64,000 nt of DNA. It comes from Phaeosaccion multiseriatum (taxonomy: Eukaryota > Protista > Ochrophyta, other classes). The stretch lies in NCBI GenBank assembly GCA_965112735.1, contig OZ218958.1:2604001-2668000 (forward strand), given 5' to 3'. The first letter of the stretch is position 1. Each line of letters begins with the position of its first letter. Below are positions 12,005-24,770 of the stretch, piece after piece. Made by a program: the position numbers and the translations under genes. A model generated the notes under the pieces. The model made no database searches. It was not told the DNA's origin and saw only the letters and a list, made by a program, of their open reading frames with translations.

Positions 12005-14259
12005 CTACAACGATCCCGCCGCTGCCCCTGCCGCTGCTGCCGTGGCCTTCCTCTTGGCTGCCGCAGTCACCGCCTCCGCCCTGCGCTTCTTGCCCTTCTC
12101 CATCATGCCCTCCAGCAGCCCCTTCTCCGCCAAGATACGCAACAGTCCCATACTGAAAGGCACGTAGTTGTGTCTCCTTCGCACATTCTCCGCCGTTTGA
12201 CGGGCCGACTTGAGCTCCTCCTCTCTGATGGTGTTCTCGCATTCGCTCACGCACAAGCCCTCGTTGGCGCGTTGATGCTCCATCATCTCCTTGTCGTCCG
12301 CCACCGTAAAGTCCCCCAAATCCTCCTTCTCCCCAGACGGCGACGACCCTGCCAGGGCGGCGTCAATGGCCCTGATACGCGCCTGGTGCTGTGCCTTGCT
12401 CTCCTCTGCGGCCTGCGGTGTGGGTGTGTGTGTGGGTGTGGGTGTGGGTGGGTGTGGGTGTGGGTGTGGGTGGGTGTGGGTGGGTGTGGGTGTGGGTGTG
12501 GGTGTGGGTGGGTGTGGGTGGGTGTGGGTGGGTGGAGTGGGCAGCGTTTCGGATACTAAGCAAAGTCCGGAGCGCCGAGGCCGTGTGTGTGTCTGTGTGA
12601 AAGAGTGAGAGTGGAACGCAAATTGAACAAAGCGGAGAGGGAGAGACAGAGAGAGAGAAACAGACAGACAGACAGACAGAGAGAGAGGGGGTACCCGGCC
12701 CGAGAAGACGGCAACATCATTTGGACTATCCACTCGCACGCACCCACGCACCCACCTGCTTCCTATCTTTCACCACCGCGAGAAGGGTGAATCTAATTTC
12801 TGACTGTGAGTACTTGGCGATTCGCTCCTGGATGGCCGGGGCGGCGAGGCTAAGCCAGTCATCTCCCTCCCCGAGTTCGACGGGGCCGGGCTTAAGACCG
12901 TCGAGCTCCCACACCTACAAGGGTAGAGCAGAGGAGAAGATAAGAGAGGAGCAGAGGAGAGGACAAGAGAGCAGGGTAGAGGAGAGGAGAGGAGGAGAGG
13001 ATGGAAGAGAAGAGAAGGGAAGAGAAGAGAAGAGAATAGCAAAGTCGACGCGAAGGATGATGCCATTTGAACGTATTCGAGAGAGAGAGAAGAGAGAGAG
13101 AGAAGGGAGACAAGAGAGAGAGAGGCTCACCTTCTTACTAGGGGTACCGTCCGCAGCGGGAGGCGATGGGACATAGGCGATGAAGTGGAATGCGTCTTTG
13201 TCCTTGCTGTTATCGTCATCGTCCTTGGAGTGGATGAAGGGATCTGGCCTGCTGAAACTGTTGTGTTTGTTTCTGTCCTCCATCATGGGGAGAGAGAAGA
13301 GGGGGGAGGGGGAGGAAAAGAGAGACTGAGTTGAGGATTGGAGGGAATCAGCGAGAGAGAAGAGAGGGATTGCGCAGATTTCCATTAGTGCCACATAACC
13401 CCTTGACCCACCGAATGGTTTCTGAGTTGCTGATGGCAAGTCCTCTGAACTCAGGAGGGAAGTCCCTCGTAAAGTCTCTGAACTCTGTTAGGGTGGTGCC
13501 AATGTCCACCTTGTCGGCCACATTGAGCAGCACAGACAGAATTGCCTGCGTGGCGCATGCATTCGTAATCACCTGGTTGATTGGTTGATTGGTTTGTCAG
13601 CAGATTGGTTGATTGGTTGCTTGATTTATTGATTGATTGGGGGAGGAGGAGGGGTGGAGTGAGCGGGAAGGAGGTGAGGGAGGGAGGATACGGCTACAGA
13701 GGCGAAGGACAGATATGAGAGGGAGAGAGAAAGAACGCATTGCGAGGGAGAGCGCACAAAGAGGGAGATGGAGAGCCAGGAGCAGCCCACAACGAACGCA
13801 AGCAAAGAGGTTCGTCGTTTCCACAAGTTTCGCTTGCACAACTACTACGCCCAGTAATGGAGCGCAAAGTGAAGAGTTCAAACCTCAAAGATAAAGCACA
13901 GACCCTGTGTCGACTGAGAAGCAGCAACATCGGTCTCACGATACCCGTCTGTAATACTCAAATCCGACATTCATCGCCCAAATGAAATACCTTCATCGCT
14001 CCCCCACCTCCCATATTCTCCGCCCCACCTGTTTAGCAAAAAAGAGATCGGGGTGGTCTTCCGCCGCAGCACATTCCCGCTTGTCCTCCTCCCCCGTCCA
14101 CTTGAAGAGGAAGATGAGGCCGTAGATAGGCTTCAGGTGAGCGAAGCTGTTGTCGTCAAGGCTGTACAGCTCTTCCACCTGCACCCCCTTGACGCCAATG
14201 TCGCTGATGAGCTCCGTGAACACGCCAGGGTCGCTTTCAATGGTGCACCACTCCGACAT
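12005..14259 (-). CDS. UCHL5: Ubiquitin C-terminal hydrolase UCH37/UCHL5 (peptidase C12 + ULD), ~366 aa, 5 exons
   Basis: Exons 14259-14029, 13572-13412, 13272-13131, 12914-12756, 12412-12005. [14 protein letters not shown]; catalytic triad in NACATQA, AFHFIAY and WELDGL; C-terminal [12 protein letters not shown]...LAEKGLL. Confidence 0.95.
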
Positions 14260-14531
14260 TGCAACCTCTCCGTTTTCTCTTTCCCCTTCTTCCAAATGAA
14301 GTTACTCCCGAGCTCTAGGTATTTGTGATTGTATCACCAACGGCAGCTGGCCAGATCGGGAGGGCTAAGAAGAAGAGGTGATCGAGGCTTGGCGGTGGCG
14401 GCGACCTTTGACGAGGTGGAGGAGGGGCAAGCAGAAAAAGGTAAACTGGAAGACAGAAGGGCACACGCTGCACACGGGGGCAGAGGGGAGAGCCCCCCCC
14501 CCCCCAGGGCGAGTTCCAGGAGAGCGGCAGA
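14260..14531. promoter_or_regulatory. Probable bidirectional promoter between UCHL5 and VPS53
   Basis: The two ATGs are head-to-head, 272 bp apart. Confidence 0.55.
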
Positions 14532-15396
14532 ATGACTAGCGGAACAGCAGTCGGAGGGGAACCATCCGCCCGTGGGTCGATAGGTACGGCAGCGGGGGCG
14601 GCAGGAGAAGAGGAGCAGGTCTCCTCCTCCTCAGCAGACCCCTTGGACAGCCCCAACTTTGACCCGATCGACTACCTCAATCACCACTTCCCCACGGAGA
14701 GGTCTCTAGACCGACTGGACCCCTTTGTGGTGAAGATCACGGCCCAGATTAGCGAGCTTGATGAAGACATTAGCGCCGCGGTGCAGGAGCAAAGCGAGGC
14801 AGGAGAGCAGGCAGTGGAAGACGTGAATGAGACGAAGGTGGCCATCCGAGGTCTGTTCGACAAAATCAAAGACATCAAGGTGAGAGCTCCTCCGCTTACA
14901 TGGTGGCGTGGTGGTGGCACCATGTAACATAGTACCCATCTCTCAACCGACCAACCAACCAATCAACCCACCCACCTTCCCTCCCCGTCTCCTTCCACCC
15001 CCTGTGCAACAACCCCCCCCCCCCTCTTTTTTTTCTTCCCAATAGGCGAATGCCGAGCAGAGCGAGGTGATGGTGCAGGAGATTTGCCGAGACATTAAGC
15101 AGCTGGACTATGCCAAGCGGCACCTGCAGACCACCATCACGGCCCTGAAGCGCCTGCACATGCTGGTGACGGCCGTGGATCAACTGCAGGGGGTGGCGGC
15201 GGCGAAGCAGTATCGAGAGGCCGCTAACCTCCTGGACGCCGTGCAGCAGCTACTCACGCACTTTGAGAGCTACGCTAAGGTGCCGCGCATCGCGGAGATT
15301 AGCGCCACAGTGGACGGCATCAAGAAGACGTGAGTCAGTCGGGACGGGCGGGGGCAGGTGCTGTATGCGTTGTGTTCCTTGGCCCTTTGCCCTTTA

Positions 15397-15435
<39 letters not shown>

Positions 15436-18400
15436 TTTTCGTCTCTCGTCAAGTGTCTTGTTTAATGAGAGTGCCCAACAGTAGTGCTGCCGGCCGGTTG
15501 GTTGTCAGTACACTTCGATTGATTGATTAGAACTGACTGCACATGTATGCGTGTTTTTGTCTCGTCGACGTTACGTTTTTCTGCCTTCGTTATCGTTTCG
15601 TTTCGTTTCAGCCTGACAGAGCAAATCTTCGAGGCATTCAACACGGTGGGAGAGATTGCAAGCTCCACAGCGGACCCTGAGAACTTTCAGGTGAGCTGAG
15701 CATAGTGGATGCCTTCATGCTTTGAGGCCTTGGTGCCTTTACATTCGTTGGCCTCAACGCGCCTTCCTACTCCCTCCCAAGGTCATTTGTCGAATCGTCC
15801 GCCGCCACGCCTTTTTGGTGTTTGCTTGTATGGGTCGCAGAATAAATGAGACCCACAAAGATGATCCACCACATGTCCCCCCTCTCTCCTCCTCTCCTCT
15901 CCCCCTCTCCCTTCCCTTCTCAACGACAACGACAACAACGAGAAGGTGCACGAGGAGGAGAGGCCGGGGCAGTTCCGCTCCCTTACGGAGGCGTGCCTAG
16001 TGGTGGACGCGCTTGGGCATCGAGCCCGTGAGACCCAAATCGCCATGCTGTGCAAGAAGCAAATGGCCTCGTACGACAGACTCTTCCCCTCCGATAGTCC
16101 CGAGGCCTCATCCATCGAGGCCATCGACAGGCGCTTCGCGTGGTTCCGGCGCCTCTTGCGCACCGTTGATACCCGCTTCCAGGACGTCTTCCCCAAGCAC
16201 TGGCGTGTGGACCACCGGCTTTGCATGATCTTCCTCGAGAAGACGAGGGCAGGGCTGCTGGAGAATCTCGGGTCGGGCAAGAGGGAGACGGAGGACGTTA
16301 CGGTCCTGCTCAAGGCGTTACAGAAGTGCCTCTCCTTTGAGAAGGAGGCCTCCATGCGGTTCGAGGACGGGGGCAGCTCGCCCTCCTCCGGCTCCGGCGG
16401 CGGCTCCGGTGGTGGTGGCGGTGGTGATGGTGGCAGGGGCGACGGGGGCAGAGGAAGTTCCCCTTCGGACATTGACATTGACGCGCAGGGGAACATCATT
16501 GACCCGAATAGCGCTGCGGGTATCAAGCTGCGATACTCGAGGAGGGTGGAGGGGCAGACGGGCATCCCGACGCCAAAGAGCCAGTTCGCCGCACTGAGCA
16601 AGGACGGGCAGGGGGTGAAGGAGGAGGGGGAGGACAAGACGCTCTCCTTCTTGCCCATTTGCGGCATTCTGTCTGGGCTGTTTGACCCCTTCATGGGTCC
16701 GTACATTGCGCTAGAGAGGAAGAACTTGGACGAGCAGATGCGCTCGAGTGATGGAGACGATGACAACATTGACCGGGCGGGCGACATGCCGGTGTTCAGC
16801 AGCAGCGTCAATGTGTTTGCCTACATCAAGAGCTCGACCCAGCGGTGCACCAAGCTCACAGTGGGGCAGACCTTCTTCAACTTGCACAAGGAGTTCAAGG
16901 CTTGCTTGAGGGGTTACACCACACACCTGCTGGGCAAGCTGCCCCCCCCGCAGGCAGGGGGCGGTGGGCAGCTGTACCGGATACCCGAGGGAGGCGAGGT
17001 GGCTGTGTGCTACGTGGTCAACACGGCCGAGTACTGCGCTGAGATTCTTCCTCAGGTGAGCAAGCGTTGTGTGTTGAGTTGCGTTGTGTTGCTTTGCTTT
17101 GCTTTCGCCTTTGCCGAGTGTGTGTGAGGGATGCTAACACTTGAAAGCTGTGGGTCGGTCGGTATAGGGCTGCTGCTTCTCCATCTATCTAAGCTATACC
17201 ATCCTTACTTTACCCACCCCTCGCTCTTACGTACGCCCTCACGTAATACGCCCTCCTTAGCTGGAGGACACGATCAAGAGCAAGATCGATGTGCAGTACC
17301 GAGAGAGCATCGACCTCTGCCCCGAGCAAGACGCCTTCTATGACGTCATCGCACAGGCCATTCGAGTGCTGGTGGGCGGACTCGAGACCAGGTGGGTGGG
17401 TGGGATGGGGTGTGGTGGTGGGTGGGTGTGGGTGTGGGTGTGGGTGTGAGTGTGGGTGTGGGTGTGAGTGTGGGTGTGGGTGTAGGTGTGTGGGTGCGTG
17501 GGGGTGGGGGTGGGCGTGAGAGTGGGGAGTGAGCAGGGGGTTTGCTTGCCTTGCCTTGCTTGGCTTGTTTGCTTCAGGTCATTCCTCCGACCTCTTGGTC
17601 CTTATATTTCCCTCCCTCCCTCCCTCCCTCCCTCTCCTCGTGCACAGGCTGGACCCCGCTTTCCGAGCCATGACCGCCATCAACTGGGGCACGTGCGAGA
17701 TGGTCGGGGAGGAGAGCGATTACGTAAGGGTGATCAACGACTGCATTCAACTCTACAGCCCCACCTGCAGGGGCCTCCTCAGCACGCTCTACTTTCGCAA
17801 CTTTTGCGACAAGTTCGCCGCCTCCTTCCTCCCCTCATACCTCAATCTCATCCTCCGGCAGAGGCGCATTAACGAAATGGGCACGCAGCAGCTCCTCTTG
17901 GACGTGTACAATCTCAAGACGCTCATGCTCAAGCTCCCGTCCTTGGGCCTCGACGCAGAGGAGGCCACCCCAAGTCCGGCAACGTACACCAAGTACGTGA
18001 CCCGCCAGATGAGCAAGATTGAGATGGTGCTTAAGCTGGTGGGTACGCCCGACGGGGTACTTGTGGAGCGGTTCCGCATCATGTGGCCGGACGGAGAGGC
18101 CTCGGACCTACAGGCCATCATGACCCTCAAGGGGATTCGCAAGGTGGAGCAGCAAGCCGTCCTCACGTCTATGGGTCTCACCGCCTCCGTTGGAGCTGGG
18201 GCGGGCGCCGGGGCGGAGGAGGGAGGAGGAGGAGGGGGAGGAGGAGGAGGAGGAGGAGGAGGAGGAGGAGGAGGGGTAGGAGGGGCGCTCGGTGGTATGG
18301 GTATTGGGGGACTCGGCGGTGGGAGTATGGGAGGGGGAGGGGGAGGGCTCGGAGTTGGGGGCGGCAACATGCCCAACGTCAACATGCCCAAATTCGCGGA

Positions 18401-18479
18401 CGTGCAGGGCGGCGTGAGCAAGATGGAGACGCAGATGCGCAGCTGGGCAGGCACCAACCTGCAGCGCTGGGCACGCTGA
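14532..18479 (+). CDS. VPS53: GARP complex subunit Vps53, ~927 aa, 6 exons
   Basis: Exons 14532-14879, 15046-15329, 15612-15690, 15946-17055, 17261-17391, 17648-18479. DPLDSPNFDPIDYLNHHFPTE, ICRDIKQLDYAKRHLQTTITALKRLHMLV, IDRRFAWFRR, VNTAEYC, QQLLLDVYNLK. Poly-Gly tract near the C terminus. Confidence 0.95.
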
Positions 18480-19176
18480 GGTGTAAGTCAGTGATACAGC
18501 ACTTACGGCAGCCTCAGTGCGAGTAAGGAGAAGGGAGAAGGAGAAAAAGGTTTTTGAATCCCCACCACAACACAAAGTGCTTTCCCCCCAATACCCTGCG
18601 CACGGTAGTACCCCCCCTGAACCTCCACTTCAATTTGCTCTCTCTCGTACTGAAGTACTATGTTGTACCCTTCGAGGTGAAAGAGGTTGACATTTACGTA
18701 CCGCGTGGGAGGGGCACTAAAGGTGGAATCAGGGTAAGCAGGAGAGTGTGAACTCGCAGTCTTGTCGTCTTGAGGTTCTGTCTGGTCACATGCATGGTCA
18801 CATCAGTAGGTGGGTCCGAATCAGAGACACGGGTGTTGTTAGCTCCCGCATAACCGCCCTTTGCTTCACAGTTATCGTTTGGGGCAATCGTCATTATCTT
18901 GTTTAGGCACTTGGCCTAGGTAAGAATTTACCTACTGATGTAAGATAGGACTATGTGCCACGGTAGGGTTTGAATAGTAAGATATGGAGTGTAGATGTCG
19001 CCGTGGGTGCACGAAGCAACAGCACACAACGGCCCTTTCCGCGCAGAGGACAGCCAGTGGTCAAGAAGCGAAAAAGTTTCAGTGCTATATTCCTTTCACG
19101 TACTCGTACGTGTTTTCAACGAGCGGTCATAATACGCTGGCAGGAGTCGGGAGCTTGAGCACAGGAAGCAGGAAGG

Positions 19177-22100
19177 ATGGGCAAGTTCAGCACTGCGGCC
19201 GCCATGGCCGTCGTGGCTGTGATGGGGAGTGGTAGAGTAGCTGCTTTTGTGCCGAGTGCGTCGCTGACGGCCGGGGCTCGATGTGCCGGGCACTCGTGCA
19301 GAACAGCTCTGCGGCAGGCAGCAACCTCGAGGTGGGTGGATGGGCGTAGCATAGGGAGCGGGTGGGAGAGGGATCAACGGTGGGTGTCTGGACAAGGGTC
19401 TGGAGAAGATGGGAAATGGAAGGGGAAAACATGACATTGGAGCGAAGTGTGGTTTTCACCACCGCTTGTTCCCGTCACCTTTCGTCTCACTGGTAGCGGC
19501 GACGTCAAGAGAAAACCTCAAACCTGAACTTCCCACAAGTACTTAACTCTCTGCAACTTGGCACCCCACGCTCCACACAGGCTGTCCATGTCTTCGCCTG
19601 CAGCGGTAGAGACAGACACGGCAGTGGCCACGGATGAGCCCCTGGAGAGGGAGGACCTTCGAAACCTGGCCATCATTGCTCACGTCGACCACGGCAAGAC
19701 GACACTAGTGGACTGCATGCTTCAGCAGAGCAGTGTGTTTAGGGAGGGGGCCAAGGTGGAGGAGAGAGTGATGGACTCCAACGACCAGGAAAAGGAGAGA
19801 GGCATCACCATTCTGGCCAAGAACTGCGCCATTAACTACGAGGGCATCAAGTTCAACCTCGTGGACACCCCGGGCCATTCAGACTTCGGCGGGGAGGTGG
19901 AGCGAATCCTCAATATGGTGGATGGAGGTGAGTGTTGGCTTCGAGCAGGCACTTGTCTTGGGGTCCAAAGGACACGTACGAAAATCAAGGACACGTACGA
20001 AAATCATTTCCCATCTCCTCGGCGAGATGAATGGCTCGAATGTTTCGTCATCTCACTCAATACTGTCCTCTGCTCATTGGAACGCTCATCTCCTCCTTCC
20101 TCCCTCCTCACACTCCTCCCCTTGTGTGATGTGTACAGTGCTCCTGGTGGTCGACTCTGTGGAGGGCCCCAAGCCCCAGACGCGCTTCGTGCTCAAGAAG
20201 GCTCTGGCCATGGGCCTGCAGGCTGTGGTGGTGGTGAACAAGGTGGACCGACCCAGTGCTCGCTGTGAGTACGTTGTGGACTCCACCTTCGACCTCTTCT
20301 GCGAACTCAACGCCAACGACGAGCAGAGCGACTTCCAGGTGAGAGAAGGGGCGAGGAAGGAGCGAGCCCGCACTCGCATGGGTTGGTGGCTCTGAGGAGA
20401 GTCGTGTGGAGCAAGTGTAGGGAAGAGGAAGAATGTGAGGGTACCACTGGCGTGGCTAAACAACATGAACTCCTCCTTCTTTTCACTCACGTCAATTCGC
20501 GCCATCTCATCTTGCGCTTGCTTTGCTTTGCTACACACACACCAGGTTGTGTACACATCAGCCATCCAGGGTATCGCCGGAGACGACTACGAGGACATGG
20601 CAGACGACATGGAGCCTCTCTTCAAGGCCATTCTCAAGATGCCCAAGCCCAAGGTCAGGCCCGACGCTTCCCTGCAGATGCTCACCGCCAACATCGACTA
20701 CGACGACTTCAAGGGCAAGCTGGGCATTGGCCGAGTGCACTCCGGCACCATCAAGAAGGGGCAGAACATTGGCATGACCCGCCCCGGGGAGGAGGTGCGA
20801 AGCGGAAAGATTTCCGAAATGTTCATCTTTGACAACCTCGGACGCAAGTCTGTGGACCAAGCCGAGGCCGGAGAGATTGTCATGATTGCAGGTCTGCCCG
20901 GCGTGGGCATTGGAGACACCATTGTCGACCCCGAGGACCCCCAGCCCATGGTCCCCATTGCCGTGGAGGAGCCCACTGTCCGAATGACCTTTGGCGTGAA
21001 CAAGAGCCCCCTCGCGGGTCGGGAGGGCAAGCTCCTCACCTCGCGAATGATCCGCGACCGTCTCTACAAGGAGCTCGATAGGAACGTGGCGCTCCGTGTG
21101 ACGCCCACCGACTCGGCGGATGTGTTCGAGGTGTCAGGACGAGGCCAGCTGCACTTGACCGTGCTCATCGAGACGATGCGCAGGGAGGGCTTCGAGCTGC
21201 TCATTGGCCCCCCTACCGTCATCACAAAGAAGGTACGATACGTTCATGGATAAGGTGGAGGCATATAGAACAAGGACAGCCAGCTGGGGCTGTTCCGATG
21301 CGATGGATAGAAACAGGAGGCCAAGACTGTTCTTTTTTGTCTGCCCTGCTCTCGCCTGGCTGGCCTGCTCGTGACGCCATGTGGTGATGCATTGTCTTTC
21401 CCTCCTCCTTGCTCACTCTCTCCTTCTGCTCTGTTGCCCCTCCTGATGTTGTCTTGTCTTTGCAGGTGGACGGTGTGCTCATGGAGCCCTTTGAGAAGGT
21501 AGAGGTGCAGGTACCGGACGAGTACGTGGGCTCCGTAGTCGACATTCTCTCCAAGAGGAAGGGCGAGATGATTAACATGCTCCCCTCCTCTGAGGGCCAA
21601 GGAATGACCACCATTGAGTACCTCGTACCCACAAGGGGCATGATCGGCATCCGAACCACCATGCTCACCGCCACACGAGGACAGGCCGTGCTGGACACTC
21701 TCTTTGAGGGGTACAAGAAGTACGCCGGGGAGATTGAGTCGCGAGACAAGGGCTCCCTACTGGCCTACGAGACCGGCTCGGTCACCACCAACGGTATTAT
21801 CGGGGCGCAGGTGCGAGGCTCTCTGTTTTGCTCCGTCAAGGACGATGTGTTTGCCGACATGATTATCGGCATCCACCAGCGACCAGGAGACCTCAAGGTG
21901 GGTGGTGTGGAGTTTTTAAGTGTGTGTACGGGAGAAGCCAAAGGTTTTGGTGATGTTTCACCTTCTTCCTTACTTCCCATCTTTCTTCTTGCTTGATGTG
22001 TCTCTTGTCGTTGAAATCTGCCTGCTCTTGGCTGCTCAGCCCCCCTCTCCCTCACACTCACCACCCCGCTTTGTGCTCCCCCCTCTTTCCCACACACCCC

Positions 22101-22337
22101 ATCCTCTCTCTCTCTCCAAACAACCAACAGGTCAACGTGTGCAAAACCAAGGCCCTGAACAATATCCGATCAGCGAACAAGAGCATTTCGGAGGGCGTCG
22201 TGCCCCCCCTGGAGATGAACCTTGACATGGCTGTGGAGTACATTGGCGCTGACGAGCAGGTGGAGGTGACCCCCACTCTCGTGCGCATGTGCAAGAACGC
22301 CGACATGAACAAGAAGGCCCCCCAACGAGGAAAGTAG
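19177..22337 (+). CDS. typA: Plastid-targeted translational GTPase TypA/BipA, ~675 aa, 6 exons
   Basis: Exons 19177-19331, 19581-19927, 20139-20338, 20546-21232, 21466-21897, 22131-22337. [73 protein letters not shown]. Bipartite leader: signal peptide, then VAA-FVP, then a Ser/Arg/Ala transit peptide. Confidence 0.95.
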
Positions 22338-22959
22338 AGAGGGGCTGCACTCACTCTACTCACGGCACACCCTCGGGTCACTCACCGCTGACTCGCTTCC
22401 CTCCACTCCCATCTGGGAGGGATATGGGTGTGTTGTATGAGATAAGATTAGGTGACCATCGTAAAGTTAGTTGGTGTGGTGCTTGGCGACGACGATTGGT
22501 TGCCGCAGCACAAGACAGTACAGAAGGACGGGGAGAGCGACACACGCTGTGGACCGCCACCGGCGTTTCCTTCACTGCCCCTCTTACTGGCTTGTGCTGT
22601 ACATGGGCTGATGTAAGTCTACACGCCTTTTGGGATATGGTGTGTTGGAGGCACTCAACTCCCCGCCGCCGTATCCCCCCATTTTGACGCGTAGTGCTTT
22701 AGATAGTTATAGATACCAAAGGATGGCACTCAGCGAACACCCTTGTGTTCGGCGCTTTGTGTCCAGAGGTCCGAGGGATGCTTTCCCTCTTGTAAAAATA
22801 AGCGCGTATGGTATGATCGTTGATAAGTCGATTTGTTTTCCATCCTAACGATATATTATTATCGTTTCTGATGCCAGAAAATAACGTAATTAGGTCTTTT
22901 CCTACTGACCTCTTCTCTTTGCTTGGAGCCCCACCTGTCCTGATGCCGTGCTGAGCCGA

Positions 22960-22960
22960 A

Positions 22961-23008
<48 letters not shown>

Positions 23009-23038
23009 TGCACGCACGCACGCACGCACGCACGCACG
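22960..23038. repeat. (GCAC)n microsatellite between the convergent typA and RNase T2 genes
   Basis: About 19 units of cgca. Confidence 0.9.
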
Positions 23039-23445
23039 TTGCATTGTTCCCTATCCACGGCGATTGAGCAGGGACGGGACGCTCTTGTTGCTTGCAACAG
23101 TCTGCTTGGATTGGATTGCGGGGGGGCAGAGGAGAGGATCCGCAGCACAGGAAGTCCTTACCTCCCCCCCGTCTTTGTCGTACATTTTTACATCTACACG
23201 TATTCTTATTATTATTACACCACCATACACACCCCAAAACGACACCCCCCTCTCTCTCTCTGGTAACTTCCCACACTATTCTCTATATACAAACAATTCC
23301 TCTATGAACAGCAGCACACACAATATAAAACACCGTACCGGAAGTAGAGATGGAAACAAATTTCCCTCCCCACAGCCCCCTGACCACCCACCGGGAGCAT
23401 GCCAAGATATAAAATGCTGTATGGTGTGGTGTGGGGTGCCTCTCC

Positions 23446-24530
23446 TCAGGCAACCAGGCCCACGAATCCGAAGGAGGAGCGCATCGCCTCCCGAGCCCCT
23501 CCATCCCCCTCTTGCTCCTGCCCCTGCTCCTTCCCGGGCACCGACCACGCGTCAATGTACACCTCATCGCCTTTGCAGGTGTCGTCATGCGCTACCACCG
23601 CGGCCGGGCAGGCAATGAGCTCGTCCGGCAGGAAGGAGTCGGGCTTGACAGTGAAGCACAGGTTGACTTGGTTGAGGTACTTGCCAGCGTCGCAGGTAAG
23701 CACCGCCATACCTTCTCCCCCAAAGCCCTCCTCCACGTCCTCTCTAGACACCTTGCCCCCAATATTGTCGGTGATGGCCGATGGGGTGCCCATGGTCATA
23801 ATCAGGTCGAGTGCGGCGCTGAAGTACTCCTGCTGACTCAGGCCGGTACAGGTGCCGTGCTTGGTCCACTCGTGGCTCCAAAACGACGCGTACTTGTTGC
23901 CCCCCTCTGCCTGCTGGACGTTGGGCCAGTACTGCAAGAGCTCATCCATGCCAATGTCATCCTCCACAGAGGCCGCGTCAAAGGCCTCGCTGGTGCAGTG
24001 TGTGGGGTATGAGCCGTCCCCATAGTCCTACCGAGGAGCAAGAGGGAGAGAGAGGAGAAGTATGTGAGGGTGGGCGGAGCGGACCAACTTTTGCGGCGAA
24101 TGCGACGCTCTCACTCACCGGCCAAAGCCCGTGTACAGTGAGGTGGTCCTTCCAGAAGTCGTGAGGCCGTGTGCACCCGGGGAACGAGGACTTGAAGCAC
24201 CTGAGAGCGGAAGGAAGCAACCCACAGCAGTAGCCGCAGCAGCACCAGGGGGGGTGTAAGGCAGCATCAGCACCAACGTGGGGGGATGGGGGCAGCACCG
24301 GCAAGGGAGGAGCGTCTGACGCTTTGCTCCCTCAAAGGAGGTTGGACAGTTGTGTTGAGGAGAGAGTACACGTACCAATCGGGCTTCCACGACAGCGCGA
24401 GGATGTAGATGCCGAAATCGCCAGGCTTGCCCCTCTGTACCTCTTCTACTCCTGCTACTGCTGCTGCTGCTGTCTCTGTCCATGCCACTGCAGCGCCAAA
24501 GGCAAGAACGATGCCGAGGAGGGAGGGCAT
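23446..24530 (-). CDS. Ribonuclease T2 family protein with signal peptide, ~272 aa, 3 exons
   Basis: Exons 24530-24376, 24200-24119, 24027-23446. YILALSWKPDWC, CAS I (TVHGLWP), CAS II (FWSHEWTKHGTC); hydrophobic N-terminal signal MPSLLGIVLAFGAAVA. Confidence 0.93.
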
Positions 24531-24734
24531 TGCTTTCTTCTCTTGTAAACCTCTCCTTCCTTTCTGTCTCTTTCTCTCTCAAAGCTCGATGATCCTCCCT
24601 AGCAGAGCGCGACACTTGTTAGTTCGTGAGCTACTCCTGCTGCTAATGCACCAGGGGGGGGGGGGAGTAGAAAAATGAGATGGGACAGTCAATCAGATGG
24701 CAACTGATGGCCTAAACATCCTTGCAAACGCGAC

Positions 24735-24770
24735 GAAACAACGAAATGTTTCACGTGAAATGTTTGTTTC
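24735..24770. promoter_or_regulatory. Palindromic E-box/G-box element upstream of RNase T2
   Basis: Perfect 12-bp palindrome TTTCACGTGAAA (24749-24760) inside outer inverted arms GAAACAA/TTGTTTC, about 220 bp upstream of the ATG. Function is inferred only. Confidence 0.35.

Noticed and set aside
24747-24762. parS-like sequence TGTTTCACGTGAAATG (14/16 match to the bacterial consensus)
   Set aside because: The context is eukaryotic nuclear DNA, it is a single copy and no ParAB genes are present. An E-box palindrome is the simpler explanation.
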